From the human T2T-CHM13v2.0 reference genome, Homo sapiens, in NCBI RefSeq assembly GCF_009914755.1, contig NC_060926.1: 64,000 nt of DNA; one strand, given 5' to 3'. Under the pieces are notes generated by a model. The model saw only the letters and a list, made by a program, of their open reading frames with translations. It was not told the DNA's origin and did no database searches. The position numbers and the translations under genes were made by a program. This document shows positions 58,780 to 64,000 of the stretch, piece by piece (the first letter of the stretch is position 1; each line of letters begins with the position of its first letter).

Positions 58780-59480
58780 ACAACAGCCAGCATTTATTAG
58801 GCATTTACTGTGAGCCTGGTATTGTCTAAGTACTTTATTTGCATCATCTCATTGTACCTACCCAGCAACCCTCTAGGGAGATACCATTATTATCCCGTTT
58901 TACAGACATGGAAATGGAAGCTTAGAGGGCTTCAACAATTTGTCCAAATGTCCTCCATTCGTGGGATTTGTGGTACAGTGTGGATTTGAACACAGGATTT
59001 TTCAATTCCAGAACCCATGCTCCTCCCATCATACCCTGCTATGCTCTCCCTCCTACATGGTGGTCCACAGAAGGCTTCCCTCCCAGCTACACATCCCAGA
59101 ACTGGCACAGGCATATCACTACCTCCATTTCTGTCCTGTAAACTAGAGAACAGCTTTATTCTAGAACCTCCCTCTGACCTCTGCAAATTCTGTCCGTCTG
59201 TTCAGAATTGAACAGATGCTAAAACATTGTGGCTAAAAGCAAGAGCATCAGAATCAAACAGATCTGGTTTAGAATTCTACTTTAGCCTCTTGCCAACCTC
59301 GGGCAAATTACTCAACCTCACTCAGTCTCCAGATTTCCATCTGTAAAAACAGAGAGAGCACTTTACTACCTAACAACTCCATGGGATTGTTATAAGAATT
59401 AAAATTAGATAAAACATAAAGAGCTCCCAGGCTGTATTTGCAGATGAAAGGCAGCTGTGCTAAATACATGGTGACAAACG
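58780..59480. mobile_element. Two MIRs in opposite orientation (~58780-59040 and ~59225-59480)
   Basis: tatcccgttttacagacatggaaat; gggcaaattactcaacctc...tttccatctgtaaaa. Confidence 0.8.
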
Positions 59481-60028
59481 TGGTAAGTCTCAAAGGACAT
59501 GTGAGCAGATGTCCTACCATCAAGATTTCACTCCTTCCCCAACTTCAGGGGTAAGAATCCTCCAACATCAGGGGAGGACTTGCTCAAAGTCACACAAACC
59601 AGAAATCCTCAAGAGGCCATACTATGGATGTGGCTTTCTAACACTATTCTACCAGTTCCCATGGGGAAGCACCTGAAGAAGTGGGGACGGAGTGGGCAGG
59701 GAATCGGGGAAGTGCAGGGCCATGACAGGACTGAAGCCGCACTTAGGAAGCAAAGGACGAGTTCTGTCCACCAATAGCTGAATGCTGAGTACAGACCTCT
59801 AATCTCGGCCTTGCCACTGAAGACTCATCATGCAACTCTAGGGCCAGTTGCTCCCTCTCTGGGCCTTGGGTCTTCACTACCATCAACAGCTGACTTGGAA
59901 GTTGCCTCTAAAGTGTGCTGAATTATCAGGAATGAAGATGATTTAAAGACATAAGCTTTTTTCTTTGTACCTTCTTCCAACCTTACCTTCTCCAAGAACT
60001 CTCCTATGACTTCCTCCTAAAAGGTCCC

Positions 60029-62454
60029 TGTATTAGTCCACTCTCACATTGCTGTAAAGAAATGCCTGAGACTGAGTAATTTGTAAAGAAAAGAGATTTA
60101 ATTGGCTCACAGTTCTACAGGCTATACAAGAAGCATGGCTAGGGAGGCCTCAGGAAACTTACTCATGACAGAAGACAAAGCCAGAGCAGGTATCTTCACA
60201 TAGCCAGAGCAGGAGGAAGAGAGAGAGGGGGAAGGTGCTACACACTTTTAAACAACCAGATCTTGTGATAACTTACTCTTACTATGGCAATACCAAGGGG
60301 GCTGGTGTTAAGCCATAAGAAACCACCCCCATGATCCAATCACCTCCCACCAGGTCCCACCTCCAACACTAGGGATTACAGTTCAACATAAGATTTGGGT
60401 GGGGACACATATCCAAACCATATCATTCTGACCCTGGCTCCTCCCCAAATCTCATGTCCTTCTCACATTGCAAAATACAATCATGCCTTCCCTACAGTCC
60501 CTCAAAGTCTTTTAACTCATTTCAGCATTAACTCAAAAGTTTAAAGTCCAAAGTCTCATCTGAGACAAAGCAAGTCCTTTCTACCTATGAGCCTGTAAAA
60601 TAAAAAAGAAGTTAGTTACTTCCAAGACACAATGGCGGTATAAGCATTGGGTAAATATACCCTTTCCAAAAGGGAGAAATCAGCCAAAAGAAAGGGGCTA
60701 CAGGCCCCATGCAAGTCCAAAACCCAGCAGGGTAGTCATTAAACCTTAAAGCTCCAAAATATTATCCTTTGGCTCCATGTCCCACATCCAGAATATGCTG
60801 GTGCAAGGGGTGGGCTCCCAAAGCCATGGGCAGCTTGGCCACTGTGACTTTGCAAGGTTCAACCCCCACAGCTGCTCTCATGGACTGGCATTGAGTGCCT
60901 ACGGCTCTTCCAGGCACAGGGTGCAAGCTGCTTGTGGCTCTACCATTCTGGGGTCTGGAGAATGGTGGCCCTCTTCTCACAGCACTACTACGTAGTGCCC
61001 TAAAGAGGACTCTGTGTGGGGGGTCCAACCCTACATTTCCCCTCTGCACTGCTCTAGTAGAGGATCTCCATGAGGGCTCCAACCCTGTAGCATGCTTCTG
61101 CCTGGACATCCAGGTTTTTCCATACATTCTCTGAAATCTAGGTGGAGGCTTCTAAGCCTCAACTTTTAAACTATGTGCACCCACAGGCTTAACACCTCGT
61201 GAAAGTCATCAAGGCTTATGGCTTGCACCCACTGGAACAGCATCCAGAGCTGTACCTTGGGCCCTCTTGGCCACAGCTGGAGCTGTAGCAGCTGGGATGC
61301 AGGAAACAGTGTCCCAAAGCTGTGCAGGGGAGTAGAGACCCTGGTTCTGGCCCCTGAAACTATTCTTCCCTCCTGGGCCTCTGGGCCTATGATGGGACGG
61401 GCTGCCATGAAGCTCTCTGAAATGACTTCAGGGCCTTTTTCCCATTGTCTTGGCTATTAGTACTTGCCTTCTTTTTAGTTATGTAAATTTCTGCAACCTG
61501 CATGAATTCCTCCCCCTGAAAATGGGTTTTTCTTTTCTACCACATGGCCAGGCTGCAAGTTTCCAAACTTCTATGCTCTGCTTCCCTTTTAAATGTAAGT
61601 TCCAATTTCAGATCATTTCTTTGTTCATGCAAATAAGCATAGGTTATTAGAAACAGCCAGGCTACATCTTGAATGCTTTGCTGCTTAGAAATTTCTTCTG
61701 CCAGATACCCTAAATCATGACTCTCAAGTTCAAAGTTCCACAGATCCCTAAAGCAGGGGCACAATGCAGCCAACCTCTTGCTAATGCGTAACAAAAGTGA
61801 CCTTGCTCCAGTTTCCAATAAGTCCCTCATTTCCAACTGAGACTTCATCAGCCTAGACTTTACTCTTCATATCACTACCAGCATTTTGGTCATAACAATT
61901 TAACAAGTCTCTAGAAAGTTCCAAATTTTCCTTCATCTTCCCTTCTTCTTCTGAGTCCTCCAAACTCCTCCAACCTCTGCCCATTACCCAGTTCTAAAGC
62001 TGCTTCCACATTTTCAGTATCATTATGGTAATACCCCACTCTTGGTACCTATTTTCTGTATTAGTTTATTCTCACATTGCTATAAGGAAATGCCTGAGAC
62101 TGGGTAATTTATAAAGAACATAGGTTTAATTGGCTCACAGTTTTACAGGCTGTACAGGAAGCATGGCTGGGGAGTCCTCAGGAAACTTTTACTCATGGCA
62201 GAATGCAAAGCCAGAGCAGGCATCTTCACATGACCAGAGCAGGAGGAAGAGAGACAGAGGGACATGCTACACGCTTTTAAACAACCAGATCTTGTGATAA
62301 CTTACTGTCACTGTGACAACACCAAGGGGGATGTTGTTAAAGCATAAGAAACTGCCCCCATGATCCAATCACCTCCCACCAGGCCCCACCTCCAGCATTG
62401 GGGATTATAATTTGGTGTGAGATTTGAGTGGGGACACAGATCCAAATCATATAA
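60029..62454 (-). mobile_element. Full-length MSTA MaLR provirus: LTR 60029-60425, internal 60426-62056, LTR 62057-62454
   Basis: Two homologous ~397-bp LTRs; MaLR-int ORF relics (RDLWNFELESHDLGYLAEEISKQQSIQ); 5-bp TSD gtccc at 60024-60028 and 62455-62459. Confidence 0.95.
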
Positions 62455-62459
62455 GTCCC

Positions 62460-62740
62460 TCCCCTGACCATCTCCCTAAGTTCCTCTCCCTACTTCCAGA
62501 GCTAAAATGACACCCTGCCTACCTCTGGACCAACTGTAATGCCCTACCCACTTACCTGGCTTCTTTTCCGTCATAACAGGTATTCACTAACTGATGTTTT
62601 TGTCTTTTCCCTCACTAGCATGTCAACTGCACCAGGCCGACTTACATTTGTTCTCTTCCCCACTGAGCCTTGAATGATTCCTGGCACAGGGAATAGGCCC
62701 ACTAAATAAGGGTTGAGTGAACAAATGAATGGATGAAGAA
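62460..62740. mobile_element. L2 3' fragment
   Basis: cctggcacagggaataggcccactaaataagggttgagtgaacaaatgaatg. Confidence 0.7.
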
Positions 62741-62889
62741 ATGACTTCTTATATCATTTACGAAAATTACAAACTCGGCACGTCAGAGCTGGAGGTGATA
62801 TTTTCAAAAATTATTACCACGGAACCCTGTGTTCAGATGAAAGTTTATTCACACCATTTTTTAAATGCCCCAGATTAAAATGGCTCTCT

Positions 62890-63315
62890 TTGGCTTTATT
62901 CATACTAGCCAAAACCTGGAAACAGCTCAGATATCCATCAATAGAAGAATGGATCAACAAGCTGTGGTATATGCACACAACGGAATACTACTCAGCAACA
63001 GAAACGAATGACTTATAAAACTTGCTAAATATGAAAAACATTAGGCTGAAACAAAGAAGCCAGACAGAAAAGAGTGCATGATATCCCTTCTATTCATACT
63101 GCATTCTAGAAAAGATGAAACTAATCTAGGAGGTGTAAAAAAACAAAACAAAACAATGTTTGTCCCCGCGAGGTGGCTGGGGAAGGGATTAGACTGTGAA
63201 GGAGGAAGAAGGAACTTGTGGGGTGATGGATGAGTTCTGTATCTTGACAGAGGGGTGGGTGGTACTCATCAAATGGTGCACGTAAGAATTGTATATTTCA
63301 ATGTACCTAGAATTT
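62890..63315 (+). mobile_element. L1MC/ME 3' fragment
   Basis: gccaaaacctggaaacagctcagatatccatcaatagaagaatggat, aaagaagccagaca. Confidence 0.8.
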
Positions 63316-63784
63316 TCTTTTTATTTTTTGAAATTTGTTTTCTTTTATTTTACTTTTAGTTCTGGGGTACATGTGTAGTATTTGTAGGTTTGTTACATAG
63401 GTAAACGTGTGCCATGGCAGTTTGCTGCACCTATCAGCCAATCACCTACTTATTAAGCCTGACATGCATTAGCTATTTTCCTGATGCTCTCCCTCCCCTG
63501 AACCCCCACCTGCAGTGGCAGGCCTCAGTGTGTGTTGTTCCTCTCCCTGGTTCCATGTGTTCTCAGTCTTCAGCTCCCACTTATGAGTGAGAACATGTGG
63601 TGTTTGCTTTTCTGTTCCTGGGTTAGTTTTCTGAGGATAATGGCTTCCAGCTCCATCCATGTCCCTGCAACGGACATGATCTCGTTTCTTTCTACGGCTG
63701 CATAGTATTCCATGGTGTATATGTACCACATTTTCTTTATCCAGTCTATCACTGATGGCCATTTTGGTTGATTCTATGTCTTTG
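63316..63784 (-). mobile_element. 5'-truncated L1PA (~470 bp)
   Basis: T-rich tail; ORF2 C-terminus DWIKKMWYIYTMEYYAA...WMELEAIIL. Confidence 0.93.
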
Positions 63785-64000
63785 AACATTTGATTTTTTA
63801 AAAAGCCTTACCACATCCATTACAATTGTAAGGTTGCTCTCTAATATGAATACTCTGATGTTTCCATTTTGATGTTCAGGTAAAAGCCTTAGCATGCACA
63901 TTACATTTCTGTGGTTCCTCTCAAAGATGTATATTCTGCTGTCTAGTGAGTTCTGATGCCTGGGCAAAGCCTGACGGCAATGTATGTATAGTTTTCATCT
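63776..64000 (-). pseudogene. Degenerate C2H2 zinc-finger (KRAB-ZNF-type) sequence, truncated by the window end
   Basis: Manual minus-strand translation: FAQASELTRQQNIHL*EEPQKCNVHAKAFT*TSKWKHQSIHIREQPYNCNGCGKAF*, then frameshifted KSNVQRH; matches the HQRIHTGEKPYKCxxCGKAF repeat. Confidence 0.8.

Overview
Primate (most likely human) non-coding DNA. It is CpG-poor and rich in Alu, L1, L2, MIR, MaLR/ERV LTRs and DNA-transposon relics. I find no credible protein-coding exon, RNA gene, CpG island or CRISPR array; the ORFs with recognisable protein similarity are decayed L1 or MaLR fragments. Two structures stand out. (1) At 43425-44218 a ~225-bp-arm fold-back palindrome sits inside a MER21-type LTR. 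Its tip has been opened by a ~330-bp copy of unique sequence from 2.9 kb downstream (46521-46849), flanked by a 10-bp direct repeat. This looks like a fossil record of palindrome formation followed by centre repair. (2) At the right end a 5'-truncated L1PA is fused, through a 9-bp microhomology, to degenerate C2H2 zinc-finger sequence, suggesting a chimeric ZNF-L1 retrocopy. Also present are a complete MSTA provirus with a 5-bp TSD (60029-62454) and a dense ARE/AP-1 cluster (22805-23003). Repeat subfamily names come from my recall of consensus sequences and boundaries without TSDs are approximate. I could not identify the locus and see no evidence of a new multi-gene system.
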